Position numbers and translations under genes: made by a program. Positions 44,087 to 55,981 of a stretch of DNA of 64,000 nt are shown piece after piece. The DNA is from Cyanidioschyzon merolae (taxonomy: Eukaryota). A model generated the notes under the pieces. It was not told where the DNA came from, ran no database searches, and worked only from the letters and a program-made list of their open reading frames with translations. Within the stretch, counting starts at the first letter, position 1. Each line of letters opens with the position of its first letter. The DNA is taken from assembly GCA_000091205.1 (NCBI GenBank), contig AP006492.2; one strand, given 5' to 3'.

Positions 44087-47000
44087 ATGCGACCGAATAT
44101 GCAACGATTATGGAATATTTTTGCTCTCGGGCTTGTGCTGTTCCTTCTTGCGAGACTTTCGCAGACGCTTTTAATAACAACCGTGAGGGACGGTGAAGCT
44201 GAGGCTATAAAACGTTCCGCTGCTCGCCATGAGCTATGGGATGATTGTTCTCCGTTCAGGCGCATAGAGGGTTCTTGGGCGCGGAGATGGCGAAGTGTCG
44301 TTTTCCATAGGGAAACTTGCGCTCGCTTCCGTGTGACGGACAGAGAACTGGTGAGCGTCGACGGGGAATCTGACAGCTGCGGCATTTCAGGAGTATGCGT
44401 TAGCCCATCCACCGAACTCGAACGATGGTCTCAACTACCGGGGAAGAGAGTAGCGGGACACGGGGAAGTGTTGCGTTTCTCGAACGTTCCAACGCACTGG
44501 AAAAGAATGGACTGTGTCCACGGCTCGCTGAAAGGCAACAGCATTCCCGTTAACGTAGAAAACGGGAAATATTGTATTTTACCCGATGGACAGGGGTTCA
44601 ACGTGTTATCGCCTGCCGCGGAAATCGAGCGGAGTGAAAGTCCTGCGGAAACAGCCGCGGACGAACTGGGATCTCATGAAGGTACTTATTCATGCCAGCC
44701 TGCCAGGCAGGTTGTGGAACCATGCTCTCCCGAAAGAAGGAGACTGGTAAAGGAAGCTTCGGGAGTAAGCAAGACTCTAGGCAGCTGCTTTTCGACCTGG
44801 CGGTCCTGGCGGTCCTGGTGGTCCTGGCAGTTCAGGTACCCCTGGTAGTTCGGATGGTGCCGGGGGTCCCGGAGGCGGTGGCCCCGGAGGCGGTGGCCCC
44901 GGAGGCGGTGGCCCTGGTGGCGGTGGCCCTGGTGGCGGTGGCCCTGGTGGCGGTGGCCCTGGTGGCGGTGGCCCTGGTGGCGGAGGTCCCGCTTCAGCTT
45001 CCGCTTCAGCTTCCGCTTCAGCTTCCGCTTCAGCAAGTGCATCGTACTCGCTGAGCTACTACGACTCGAGGAGCGCCTCAGCCTCAGCCTCAGCCTCAGC
45101 CTCAGCCTCAGCCTCCGCGTCGGCGTCGGCTAGCGCATCGTACTCGCTGAGCTACTATGACTCGAAGAGCGCTTCAGCCTCGGCGTCAGAGTCAGCCTCA
45201 GGCTCAGCCTCGGCAAGTGCCTCTTACTCGCTGAGCTACTATGACTCGAAGAGCGCATCAGTGTCGGCATCAGCCTCGGCGTCAGCCTCTGCGTCATCTT
45301 CGGCAAGTGCGTCGTACTCGCTGAGCTTTTATGATTCAAAGAGTGCTTCAGCCTCAGCATCATCTTCGGCAAGTGCGTCGTACTCGCTGAGCTACTATGA
45401 CTCGAAGAGCGCTTCAGCCTCGGCGTCAGCCTCAGCATCATCTTCAGCGAGTGCGTCGTACTCGCTGAGCTACTATGACTCAAAGAGCGCTTCGGCCTCA
45501 GCATCATATTCGGCAAGTGCCTCGTATTCGCTGAGCTACTATGACTCGAAGAGCGCTTCGGCCTCAGCATCATCTTCGGCGTCGTCATCAGCCTCGGCGT
45601 CCGCAAGTGCATCCTACTCGCTGAGCTACTATGACTCGAAGAGCGCATCAGTGTCGGCATCAGCCTCCGCGTCTGCTTCAGCATCATATTCGGCAAGTGC
45701 CTTGTACTCGCTGAGCTTTTATGATTCGAAGAGCGCTTCGGCGTCTGCGTCAGCTTCGGCGTCGTCATCAGCCTCGGCGTCCGCAAGTGCATCGTACTCG
45801 CTGAGCTACTATGACTCGAAGAGCGCATCAGTGTCGGCGTCAGCCTCCGCGTCTGCTTCAGCATCATATTCGGCAAGTGCCTCGTACTCGCTGAGCTTTT
45901 ATGATTCGAAGAGCGCTTCGGCGTCTGCGTCAGCTTCGGCAAGTGCGTCGTACTCGCTGAGCTACTATGACTCGAAGAGCGCTTCGGCCTCAGCATCATC
46001 TTCGGCAAGTGCGTCGTACTCGCTGAGCTACTATGACTCGAAGAGCGCTTCAGCCTCGGCGTCAGCCTCAGCATCATCTTCAGCGAGTGCGTCATACTCG
46101 CTGAGCTACTATGACTCAAAGAGCGCTTCAGCCTCGGCGTCAGCCTCAGCATCATCTTCGGCAAGTGCGTCGTACTCGCTGAGCTACTATGACTCGAAGA
46201 GCGCTTCAGTGTCGGCGTCTGCTTCGGCGTCGTCATCAGCCTCGGCGTCCGCAAGTGCATCCTACTCGCTGAGCTACTATGACTCGAAGAGCGCATCAGT
46301 GTCGGCGTCAGCCTCCGCGTCTGCTTCAGCATCATCTTCGGCAAGTGCCTCGTACTCGCTGAGCTTTTATGATTCGAAGAGCGCTTCAGTGTCGGCGTCT
46401 GCTTCGGCGTCGTCGTCAGCCTCGGCGTCAGCAAGTGCATCGTATTCGCTGAGCTACTATGACTCTAAGAGTGCTTCAGCCTCGGCGTCAGCCTCAGCAT
46501 CGTCTTCAGCAAGTGCGTCGTACTCGCTGAGCTACTATGACTCGAAGAGCGCTTCAGCCTCGGCGTCAGCCTCTGCATCATATTCGGCAAGTGCCTCTTA
46601 CTCGCTGAGCTACTATGACTCGAAGAGCGCTTCAGGCTCGGCGTCAGCCTCAGCATCATCTTCGGCGAGTGCGTCGTACTCGCTGAGCTACTATGACTCG
46701 AAGAGCGCTTCAGGCTCGGCGTCAGCCTCAGCATCATCTTCAGCGAGTGCGTCGTACTCGCTGAGCTACTATGACTCAAAGAGCGCTTCGGCGTCAGCAT
46801 CATCTTCGGCAAGTGCGTCGTATTCGCTGAGCTACTATGACTCGAAGAGCGCTTCGGCGTCTGCGTCAGCTTCGGCGTCGTCATCAGCCTCGGCGTCCGC
46901 AAGTGCATCGTACTCGCTGAGCTACTATGACTCAAAGAGCGCATCAGTGTCGGCGTCAGCCTCCGCGTCTGCTTCAGCATCATATTCGGCAAGTGCCTCG

Positions 47001-50000
47001 TACTCGCTGAGCTTTTATGATTCGAAGAGCGCTTCGGCGTCTGCGTCAGCTTCGGCGAGTGCGTCGTACTCGCTGAGCTACTATGACTCGAAGAGCTCTT
47101 CAGCCTCGGCGTCATCTTCGGCGAGTGCGTCGTACTCGCTGAGCTACTATGACTCGAAGAGCGCTTCAGCCTCGGCGTCAGCCTCAGCATCATCTTCAGC
47201 GAGTGCGTCATACTCGCTGAGCTACTATGACTCAAAGAGCGCTTCGGCCTCAGCATCATATTCGGCAAGTGCCTCGTATTCGCTGAGCTACTATGACTCG
47301 AAGAGCGCTTCGGCCTCGGCGTCAGCCTCTGCATCATCTTCAGCGAGTGCGTCGTACTCGCTGAGCTACTATGACTCAAAGAGCGCTTCGGCCTCAGCAT
47401 CATATTCGGCAAGTGCCTCGTATTCGCTGAGCTACTATGACTCGAAGAGCGCTTCAGTGTCGGCGTCTGCTTCGGCGTCGTCGTCAGCCTCGGCGTCAGC
47501 AAGTGCATCGTACTCGCTGAGCTACTATGACTCGAAGAGCGCATCAGTGTCGGCGTCAGCCTCCGCGTCTGCTTCAGCATCATCTTCGGCAAGTGCCTCG
47601 TACTCGCTGAGCTTTTATGATTCGAAGAGCGCTTCAGTGTCGGCGTCCGCTTCGGCGTCGTCGTCAGCCTCGGCGTCAGCTAGTGCATCGTATTCGCTGA
47701 GCTACTATGACTCGAAGAGCGCTTCAGCCTCGGCGTCAGCCTCCGCGTCTGTTTCAGCATCATCTTCAGCAAGTGCCTCTTACTCGCTGAGCTTTTATGA
47801 TTCGAAGAGCGCTTCAGTGTCGGCGTCATCTTCAGCAAGTGCCTCGTACTCGCTGAGCTACTATGACTCGAAGAGCGCTTCGGCGTCAGCATCATCTTCG
47901 GCAAGTGCGTCGTATTCGCTGAGCTACTATGACTCGGTGAGCGCTTCGGCCTCTGCATCATATTCGGCAAGTGCCTCTTACTCGCTGAGCTACTATGACT
48001 CGAAGAGCGCGTCAGCCTCGGCGTCAGCATCATCTTCAGCCTCAGCAAGTGCATCGTACTCGCTAAGCTACTATGATTCGAAGAGTGCTTCAGCCTCAGC
48101 ATCATCTTCGGCAAGTGCATCGTACTCGCTGAGCTACTATGTCTCGAAGAGCGCATCAGTGTCGGCGTCAGCCTCCGCGTCTGCTTCAGCCTCGGCGTCA
48201 GCAAGTGCGTCGTACTCGCTGAGCTTTTATGATTCGAAGAGCGCTTCAGTGTCGGCGTCAGCTTCGGCAAGTGCGTCGTATTCGCTGAGCTACTATGACT
48301 CGAAGAGCGCTTCGGCCTCAGCATCATCTTCGGCGTCGTCATCAGCCTCGGCGTCCGCAAGTGCATCGTACTCGCTGAGCTACTATGACTCGAAGAGCGC
48401 ATCAGTGTCGGCGTCAGCCTCCGCGTCTGCTTCAGCATCATATTCGGCAAGTGCCTTGTACTCGCTGAGCTTTTATGATTCGAAGAGCGCTTCGGCGTCT
48501 GCGTCAGCTTCGGCGTCGTCATCAGCCTCGGCGTCCGCAAGTGCATCGTACTCGCTGAGCTACTATGACTCGAAGAGCGCATCAGTGTCGGCGTCAGCCT
48601 CCGCGTCTGCTTCAGCATCATCTTCAGCAAGTGCCTCGTACTCGCTGAGCTTTTATGATTCGAAGAGCGCTTCGGCGTCTGCGTCAGCTTCGGCGTCGTC
48701 ATCATCCTCGGCGTCCGCAAGTGCATCGTACTCGCTGAGCTACTATGACTCGAAGAGCGCATCAGTGTCGGCATCAGCCTCCGCGTCTGCTTCAGCCTCG
48801 GCGTCAGCAAGTGCCTCTTACTCGCTGAGCTTTTATGATTCGAAGAGCGCTTCAGTGTCGGCGTCATCTTCAGCAAGTGCGTCGTACTCGCTGAGCTACT
48901 ATGACTCGAAGAGCGCTTCGGCTTCAGCATCATCTTCGGCAAGTGCGTCGTACTCGCTGAGCTACTATGACTCGAAGAGCGCGTCAGCCTCTGCGTCTGC
49001 CTCGGTGGCAGCATCATCTTCAGCCTCAGCAAGTGCCTCGTATTCGCTGAGCTACTATGACTCGAAGAGCGCTTCGGCCTCTGCGTCTGCCTCGGTGACA
49101 GCGTCTGCCTCAGGCTCAGCGTCGGCAAGTGCGTCGTATTCGCTGAGCTACTATGACTCGAAGAGCGCATCGGCGTCAGCATCATCTTCGGCAAGTGCGT
49201 CGTACTCGCTGAGCTACTATGACTCGCAGAGCGCGTCAGCCTCTGCGTCTGCCTCGGTGGCAGCATCATCTTCAGCCTCAGCAAGTGCCTCGTATTCGCT
49301 GAGCTACTATGACTCGAAGAGCGCTTCGGCCTCTGCGTCTGCCTCGGTGTCAGCGTCTGCCTCAGGCTCAGCGTCGGCAAGTGCGTCGTATTCGCTGAGC
49401 TACTATGACTCGAAGAGCGCATCGGCGTCAGCATCATCTTCGGCAAGTGCGTCGTACTCGCTGAGCTACTATGACTCGAAGAGCGCTTCGGCCTCAGCAT
49501 CATCTTCAGCAAGTGCGTCGTACTCGCTGAGCTACTATGACTCGAAGAGCGCTTCGGCTTCAGCTTCATCTTCAGCAAGTGCGTCGTACTCGCTGAGCTA
49601 CTATGACTCGAAGAGCGCGTCAGCCTCTGCGTCTGCCTCGGTGGCAGCATCATCTTCAGCCTCAGCAAGTGCCTCGTATTCGCTGAGCTACTATGACTCG
49701 AAGAGCGCTTCGGCCTCTGCGTCTGCCTCGGTGTCAGCGTCTGCCTCAGGCTCAGCGTCGGCAAGTGCGTCGTATTCGCTGAGCTACTATGACTCGAAGA
49801 GCGCATCGGCGTCAGCATCATCTTCGGCAAGTGCGTCGTATTCGCTGAGCTACTATGACTCGCAGAGCGCGTCAGCCTCTGCGTCTGCCTCGGTGGCAGC
49901 ATCATCTTCAGCCTCAGCAAGTGCCTCGTATTCGCTGAGCTACTATGACTCGAAGAGCGCTTCGGCCTCTGCGTCTGCCTCGGTGTCAGCGTCTGCCTCA

Positions 50001-50789
50001 GGCTCAGCGTCGGCAAGTGCGTCGTACTCGCTGAGCTACTATGACTCGAAGAGCGCTTCGGCCTCTTCGTCTGCCTCGGTCACATCTAGCCAATATGCAA
50101 GTGCGTCTGTGAGCGCGTCTGTTTCTTTCTCCAGTTCTTTGAGTGCATCTGCTTCTTCTAGTGTGTCTGTTTCGAGTACTACAACTGGCAATCCTGTACG
50201 TTTGATACTGAAAGAGGATTTTTTTACGGGTGTTGCCTCTGAGTCTGCGTTGGCTGACGCGCTTCGCCATGCCCTGGAGGTACTCTTCGGTATTACTCCA
50301 CTGAGTTTTATTGTGAATAGTATGCGTGAGATCACTAAGTCAAGTATTCTTGAGTCGAACTTCAGGTTGGACGCAGACGAGTTTGTGAGTTGCATTAGCA
50401 GTGCGCAATCTCTGATACTTTATAATACGACGAGCGTCTGGGATGCCGATGGTTCAACGGCTTCGCAGATCGCATCGGGACTTCGCGAAGCGTTGAAAAA
50501 TGGCACACTCAGCGCCGAACTATCCAAGTTTTACGGCTCTCCAGTCTGTGTAGCGCCGAATGGAACAGTAACTATAGCCGGATTGGTCACTTCGAGCTCG
50601 AGTCCGCTCCCTGTCTGGGTGATCGTTATCATAGTGGTGCTTGGAACTCTATTACTGTCTAGTTGCTGTGCGCTTCTTGTATTCGCGGTGCGTCGTCGGA
50701 AACGACGACATGCCGCGGAGAGCGAAGCGCAAGAGGATCAGACAGACGCTGAAACGGCCGACACCGGAATAGATGACTTCGGTTTGTAG
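44087..50789 (+). CDS. giant Ser/Ala-rich tandem-repeat surface protein (signal peptide, GGGGP stretch, ~65 x ~26-aa repeats, C-terminal domain, TM anchor, short cytoplasmic tail); needs a frame change near 44747..44780
   Basis: Signal peptide '[27 protein letters not shown]'. Frame changes to the repeat frame, which is open from 44781 to 50789. C-terminal TM '[28 protein letters not shown]' followed by 'RRRKRRH'. Confidence 0.55.
44747..44780 (+). other. putative 34-nt GT-AG mini-intron (gtaaag...ctctag) joining the signal-peptide exon to the repeat exon; the alternative is a frameshift
   Basis: Exon 1 frame ends with codon CTG at 44744..44746. Removing 34 nt (34 = 3n+1) joins it in-frame to GCA at 44781, the first codon after the frame-0 TAG at 44778..44780. 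Confidence 0.3.
44860..44990 (+). repeat. 15-nt tandem repeat (ggtggcccYggWggc) encoding GGGGP x ~8
   Basis: Direct reading. Confidence 0.7.
44991..50100 (+). repeat. tandem array of ~66-102-nt (modal ~78 nt) repeats encoding '(SA)n [13 protein letters not shown]' units, ~65 copies
   Basis: Direct reading. Also generates long antisense and out-of-frame pseudo-ORFs. Confidence 0.9.
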
Positions 50790-52560
50790 TATTTATTTAC
50801 CTATTCGTAAATTGTACATTGACTGACGTAATCTCAACGTACTCTGCCTGCGAGCCAGAGCTCAATATAACATAAGAATTATCTCCAGTTGAGAGCATTC
50901 CCTTCAGAATCCAAGATTCTTTGTGCGCGCGGGTTTGGACGACGTCGATTGCCACGGTCACAGAGTACTTGACCCGTGTCCGACAACAATGAGACTTTGA
51001 ATTGCTCGTTCTGTTGTCGCTTTTCGATCCGTTTTCCAATTTCTACCTATACGGTTTACGCAACGCATGCACCACCATATTTGATTCCAGATTCGTTGGT
51101 AGAAAGAGGTTCCTCCGGGGTCGGTTTGGTGCGTCACTTTCGAATCTTTCCCACCGAAATCCGTTGAGTCTGCAGAATCAAGATTATCGCGGATCTTCGG
51201 ACGTCGGTCTATAAAGCTAACCTCACAATTATCCAATTCCTCAACACAAGGGTACATAATTCTGGTCTCCTTACATGTTGTCTGCAAATCAGACGCATTC
51301 TTCAAGTTTTTGATTTTTATGCAGAAAGAACTCCTTATTGCAAAAATCCGTGCAGGTTGGTTGACAAAGAATAGGACTTCCATGTCGTATATTAGCGCAA
51401 TATTCACCAGCTCATTCCGAAAGCTTGTTTAACCTTTTATGATACAAAACAGATCTCGTTCGAAGAACGATACCTTTTCGCCGAGGGGCAACATGCGAAA
51501 CGGCATTCCACAGAAGCATCATTATTCTCGCGGGATTGGCTTCCAGAGGCTCTCGTCTTTTCATTCTGCTCGGCGAAGAATACTGGAATCGGACTCGAGT
51601 ACTCACAGCGACGGCCACGTGTGGGGCGTTTATTGCCGATTTGCACGAAAGGAATATGGGCAGATTGAAATTCCTGTACATTTTCTCAAACTTGAATTGC
51701 CTTCCGGTACTTGTTTGATCACAGAAAAGACCCCGATCGAAGGCTTCTATCCGAAGAAAATAAAAAAACAGAGGAAAGTCCTGCTAGATAACCAAAGCTC
51801 TTCTTCGTGTGTCAACCGCGATTGAGCACGTCATGCGGGGCCTTGAAGAACAGATTCATGGAAGTGAATGCACGTTTCTATCCCTGAAGTCGTCCTCGTT
51901 ACGAGCTAGTGCTCGATGGTGATAGCGCTGTCGCTGAAATTGCCGTGCGGGTTGGTGCTCGTTTCGTAGGCTTCGTATATTTGTGGATCGCCGAGTTCCG
52001 GCGAAACGTGAAGAATAAAGATGACCGAAGCATAAATCGTAAATATTATATATACTTCTTGTTCATCAAACAAGCCACAGCACGCTCATGTGCACCAGCT
52101 ACGCCTTGGGATGTATCCCGTCGGAGTACCAAAGATACTCTGCAGCATCTCGGAAAAAGGTGCACTCCGCTCCCACCAAGGGGCGCCATTCCCTGACAGA
52201 ACGCCTTCAAGCACAGTTTCATTGGGTGGGCGCCCTAGCTTGCGATACGTTGCGCTCAGCGCTACTCTGGGACAGAGATAACGGACAGGTACCCTGGATT
52301 TTACTTGCTCCGACTCCATATGCAGGAGCCTATGGAAATCGAAAGACTCGCGTACTCAAAAACGACAATGAAGGGGAAGAAAGCGAAGCGGTTGCAGAAC
52401 GAGCCTCAAAGCGTGGTATTGATAGAGGTGAAAAGCGGATCGAAGTTTAGCATGCTCGCTAGAACCAGATGAACTTGTTTTCTAGCATAGATGGGGCCAT
52501 GCTAGAATGATTAGAATTCGGACGTCAAGTCACCGTCCGTTTGAGTGAGCCGCTCGGCAG

Positions 52561-53694
52561 ATGTATGATACCCCCCGGGATCAACACATGCGAGCCACGG
52601 GCGCTCTGCACGTGACGCTGCGACGCTTGGGTTGCATGGCCCTCGGGCGTTCTCCTCTCGGCCTCCTGGGCTGGTGCGATGTGTGCGCGCTGGACGAGCC
52701 TGTCCATTCGAAACGCGCCTCGAGCTCACGAGTGTCGACCCAATGCCCAGCCTATCGCCACGCTCACCGCTTGAAGCGCGTTCTGACGCTTCCGGGCGCG
52801 TTCGTGCACCAGCTGCTGGAGACAGCGGCAGCCGCGGTGACGACACAAAACCCGGCTGCGGAGCCTGCGCTAACGCAGACACGCAGCACCCTCGAGCCGT
52901 TCTGGCACCTGCTGAAACGCAACCTGCGCGCCGCAGCATGGAATGACGAGCAGCTCCTGGCGTTTATCGACGACGTGCTGGTGATCTACACATGCCAAGC
53001 AGCGATGGCACGTCATTGGCGCACGCAGCTGGCAGAGGTCATCGGCATCGCAGCGGATCGCGTGTCCACTGATGCGGCGATTGCGTGCTGGTGCCGATGC
53101 GTGCGCGACGACGTGCCGCGTTGCCGGCTCTGTGGGCACGATCACTTGACACGATGCTGGCTGCCGGCGCTCGTTGCCTTGATTTGGGTGATTCCACCAC
53201 GAGGGCGCTCGCGTTGGCTTCAAAAGTGTCTATGTGCGCGTCTCCTGGAGAGCTGGGTATCGCGTCGTACTGAATTGCAGGTTGAGGCACAGGAGTCTGC
53301 AGTTGCCCGCATCGATGATGGTGCGTCCGAGGCGGATGCAGGGCACGCGTCGGTTATGCTGCTTGCACGCGTCGCTGGCGCGCTGTGCCTGCCACGCTAT
53401 GAGGCCGGCCGCACGTCGGGACGCGCTTCCGATGCGAGTGATCTAGAGTGGATGGTGGATGCGATGCACTTGCTCCTGCTGGATTGGAATGTCGTTCCCG
53501 ACATTGCCGCGGCGATACATTCGATGCGTCGGCATGTCTTGCAACAGCTTCGCACGGTGCTTGCTGCTTGGACGCAGGTTGCGCGTACGGTGCCGGAGCC
53601 GCGGGGTTACCGGCTGCGTACGCAGCTGCACCTGCTTCGTCGGCAGCTCTGCGATGAGCCCGTGGATGTGTTTGGGAGCGGTACGGTTCCGTGA
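52561..53694 (+). CDS. hypothetical protein (no recognisable domain; strand assignment uncertain)
   Basis: 377-aa ORF starting at an ATG in a GC-rich region. Confidence 0.25.
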   Translation: MYDTPRDQHMRATGALHVTLRRLGCMALGRSPLGLLGWCDVCALDEPVHSKRASSSRVSTQCPAYRHAHRLKRVLTLPGAFVHQLLETAAAAVTTQNPAAEPALTQTRSTLEPFWHLLKRNLRAAAWNDEQLLAFIDDVLVIYTCQAAMARHWRTQLAEVIGIAADRVSTDAAIACWCRCVRDDVPRCRLCGHDHLTRCWLPALVALIWVIPPRGRSRWLQKCLCARLLESWVSRRTELQVEAQESAVARIDDGASEADAGHASVMLLARVAGALCLPRYEAGRTSGRASDASDLEWMVDAMHLLLLDWNVVPDIAAAIHSMRRHVLQQLRTVLAAWTQVARTVPEPRGYRLRTQLHLLRRQLCDEPVDVFGSGTVP

Positions 53695-53708
53695 TAGTTC
53701 CCGATTCT

Positions 53709-54353
53709 CTAGCCGAGTACTGTGAACGCCACGAAAACGAACACGGTGACGACGGCGATGACGATGAGACTCAGCGAAATTCCCAGGATAGCACTGATAA
53801 AGAGCCAAAGGACGCGCAGGACGGCGAGAGCGACGAGCACCACGCCTGCCCAGAGGATCAGTTGCTCCCAGAACGTCCGCGACGGGTCGCTTGTGTAAAC
53901 GCCCTTGGCAGGCTGCGCAGGCGCGTCGCGCAGGACGCGTCGGAGTGCCGGCGATATAAAGGGCCGCTCATCTGACTCTGGGAGCAGCACACTGTCGAGG
54001 TAGTCATCGTCCAAGGGCGGTGGGTCCGCGGGGGCACCACGCGCCCGCGCGACGGCGCTCCTAAGCAGGTTGGGCACGTTGCCGGGGGAGAGACGCTCGA
54101 GGCTTCGCCTCAGTCGGCCGAGCAACCAGCGCTGTAGCGCATTCAGCCGCAGCGGCCGCTCATCAGGTCGTACACGCACTGTCTGGGTCGGCTGGTCGCC
54201 ACTGGACGGTGACGCTGGCGACGGCTCTGATACAGCACAGCGTGCCGGTGTGCGGCTAGTTCTTGACGCCGAATGCTTCACCCGCCGCACCCGTAACAAC
54301 GCGCTTCCAGACGCAAACTCGACGAAAGCATACCTCTGCAAACCGCGTGGCAT
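53709..54353 (-). CDS. hypothetical membrane protein (C-terminal hydrophobic segments)
   Basis: ATG verified. C-terminal 'LILWAGVVLVALAVLRVLWLFISAILGISLSLIVIAVVTVFVFVAFTVLG'. Confidence 0.3.
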   Translation of the reverse strand: MPRGLQRYAFVEFASGSALLRVRRVKHSASRTSRTPARCAVSEPSPASPSSGDQPTQTVRVRPDERPLRLNALQRWLLGRLRRSLERLSPGNVPNLLRSAVARARGAPADPPPLDDDYLDSVLLPESDERPFISPALRRVLRDAPAQPAKGVYTSDPSRTFWEQLILWAGVVLVALAVLRVLWLFISAILGISLSLIVIAVVTVFVFVAFTVLG

Positions 54354-54850
54354 GGGACATAGGCGTCTTGCAGGTTATTGGAGCACAGCCTCAGTACACG
54401 TTTATGCAACAGAAGCGCGTCGAGCGCAGAGCGTATCGGTGCAACCGACGCCGCCCAGAGCTCGCTGTACCTGCCGCGCGCGAACCTGTGCTGCGTCAAC
54501 TGCCCTGCTGCTGTCGTGTGTTGTAACATACGCTCTGCAACCGGCACAAGATCATGAGGTCGCAAGCCCACGACCCTCGGTCGATAGAGTTCACGCGCTT
54601 TCGTCGGTGCGCATCGCTTCAGATGCGTCCTGTGTTGCAGGCGACACGAAAGCGCCTCGTATTACAGACTTGTCGAGAAAGGCGCACCTGAGACACGCTT
54701 GTAACCGTCATACATGTACAAAAGGCGCATCCGCTGGCGATCCTACGCCACGCTGCTCTGCGGATCGCCGTCTGCGATGCATAGACCAGCGGCAGTGTCG
54801 CTCGAAATCTCGCCTGCCGCATGCTCAATGCGTACGCGATGAATCCCGTC

Positions 54851-55981
54851 CTAGTGCTTCTCCTCGGTAAGACTCGGATGCGGTACGAGGCCACTGAGAT
54901 AATTCGGCCAGCGCTTCAGGTTATTCGGATCGCAGTACCAGGTCTTGGTTCGGCGCAGGCCCTCTTCCCAGGACACCTGCGGCCTCCAGCCCAGCGCATG
55001 CAGCTTCGACGAGTCGATCCTGTAGCGCATATCGTTGAGGGTGCGATCTTTGACAAACTCGATGTGGCGGTTCGCCTCGGCAGACAGGCCGAAGAGATCG
55101 ATAATGTCGTGCACAACGTCAATGTTGCGTTTCTCGATCTCAGAGCCTACATTGTAGACCTCATCGGTCTCGCCACAATGCAGGATGGTGTCAAAGGCGC
55201 TCGCCGCGTCCTCGACGTACAAAAAGTTGCGTGCATGCTCACCAGAGCCGTGTACAAAGCAGGGCCGGCGTTGCGCCAGCAGACAGATACTCTTGGGAAT
55301 GAGCTTGTCGGGGAACTGGTGCGGCCCGTACACGTTGTTGCCGCGTGTGATGATCACCGGCAATCCGAACGACTTGACGTAGCCGCGGCAAATGAATTCG
55401 GCGGCGGCCTTGCTACATGCGTACGGGTTCGTGGGTGCCAGGATCGATGACTCTGTCTCCATGTTGCTCTCGCCGCCGTACACTTCATCGGTGCTGACGT
55501 GAATGAAGCGCCGCACTTTGCCGTACTGGCGTGCGCACTCCAGGAGGACGTGCGTTCCCAGCACGTTGTTCTCCGTAAACAGGATCGAGGACGTGAACGA
55601 GTTGTCGACGTGCGTGCACGCCGCAAAGTGGAGCACTGTATCGATGCACTCCTCCTGGAGCACGTAGAGCACCAGGTCATGCGAGCGGATATCGCCGCGA
55701 ATAAACTTGAAGTTTGGTCGGTTTGCCACCTGCGCGAGGTTGCTCAGCGACGAGCAGTAGTCGAGCTTGTCCAGTACCGTCACGCGGTAATGGGGATATC
55801 GACTCACGAGCCGTTCGACAACGTGCGAGGCAATAAAGCCGGCACCGCCAGTCACAAGGATATTCCGCGGCACGAAGCGCAGACGGTCGCCGTAGACGAC
55901 CCGCGCGTCCGAGTTCCCGTCGGGCTGTCCACCGGTTACCGACTTGGCACCGTTCGAAAGCGCCGTGCTCTGCGAGGACAT
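54851..55981 (-). CDS. UDP-glucose 4,6-dehydratase (RHM N-terminal-domain type)
   Basis: 'ILVTGGAGFIASHV', 'VLDKLDYCSSL', 'FKFIRGDI', 'HFAACTHVDNSF', 'RFIHVSTDEVYG', 'PTNPYACSKAAAE', 'ITRGNNVYGPHQFPDKLIPK' are collinear with plant RHM / fungal UG4,6-Dh. Confidence 0.8.
   Translation of the reverse strand: MSSQSTALSNGAKSVTGGQPDGNSDARVVYGDRLRFVPRNILVTGGAGFIASHVVERLVSRYPHYRVTVLDKLDYCSSLSNLAQVANRPNFKFIRGDIRSHDLVLYVLQEECIDTVLHFAACTHVDNSFTSSILFTENNVLGTHVLLECARQYGKVRRFIHVSTDEVYGGESNMETESSILAPTNPYACSKAAAEFICRGYVKSFGLPVIITRGNNVYGPHQFPDKLIPKSICLLAQRRPCFVHGSGEHARNFLYVEDAASAFDTILHCGETDEVYNVGSEIEKRNIDVVHDIIDLFGLSAEANRHIEFVKDRTLNDMRYRIDSSKLHALGWRPQVSWEEGLRRTKTWYCDPNNLKRWPNYLSGLVPHPSLTEEKH

Noticed and set aside
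45130-50016. Long minus-strand ORFs (45130..46440, 46465..47592, 47680..50016) and the + frame ORF 44692..45054 through the repeat array
   Set aside because: They are low-complexity translations (SSSHSSSAS..., LQLPLQ...) generated by the periodicity of the Ser/Ala repeat. They have no independent start context. The sense frame with signal peptide and TM anchor explains the region.
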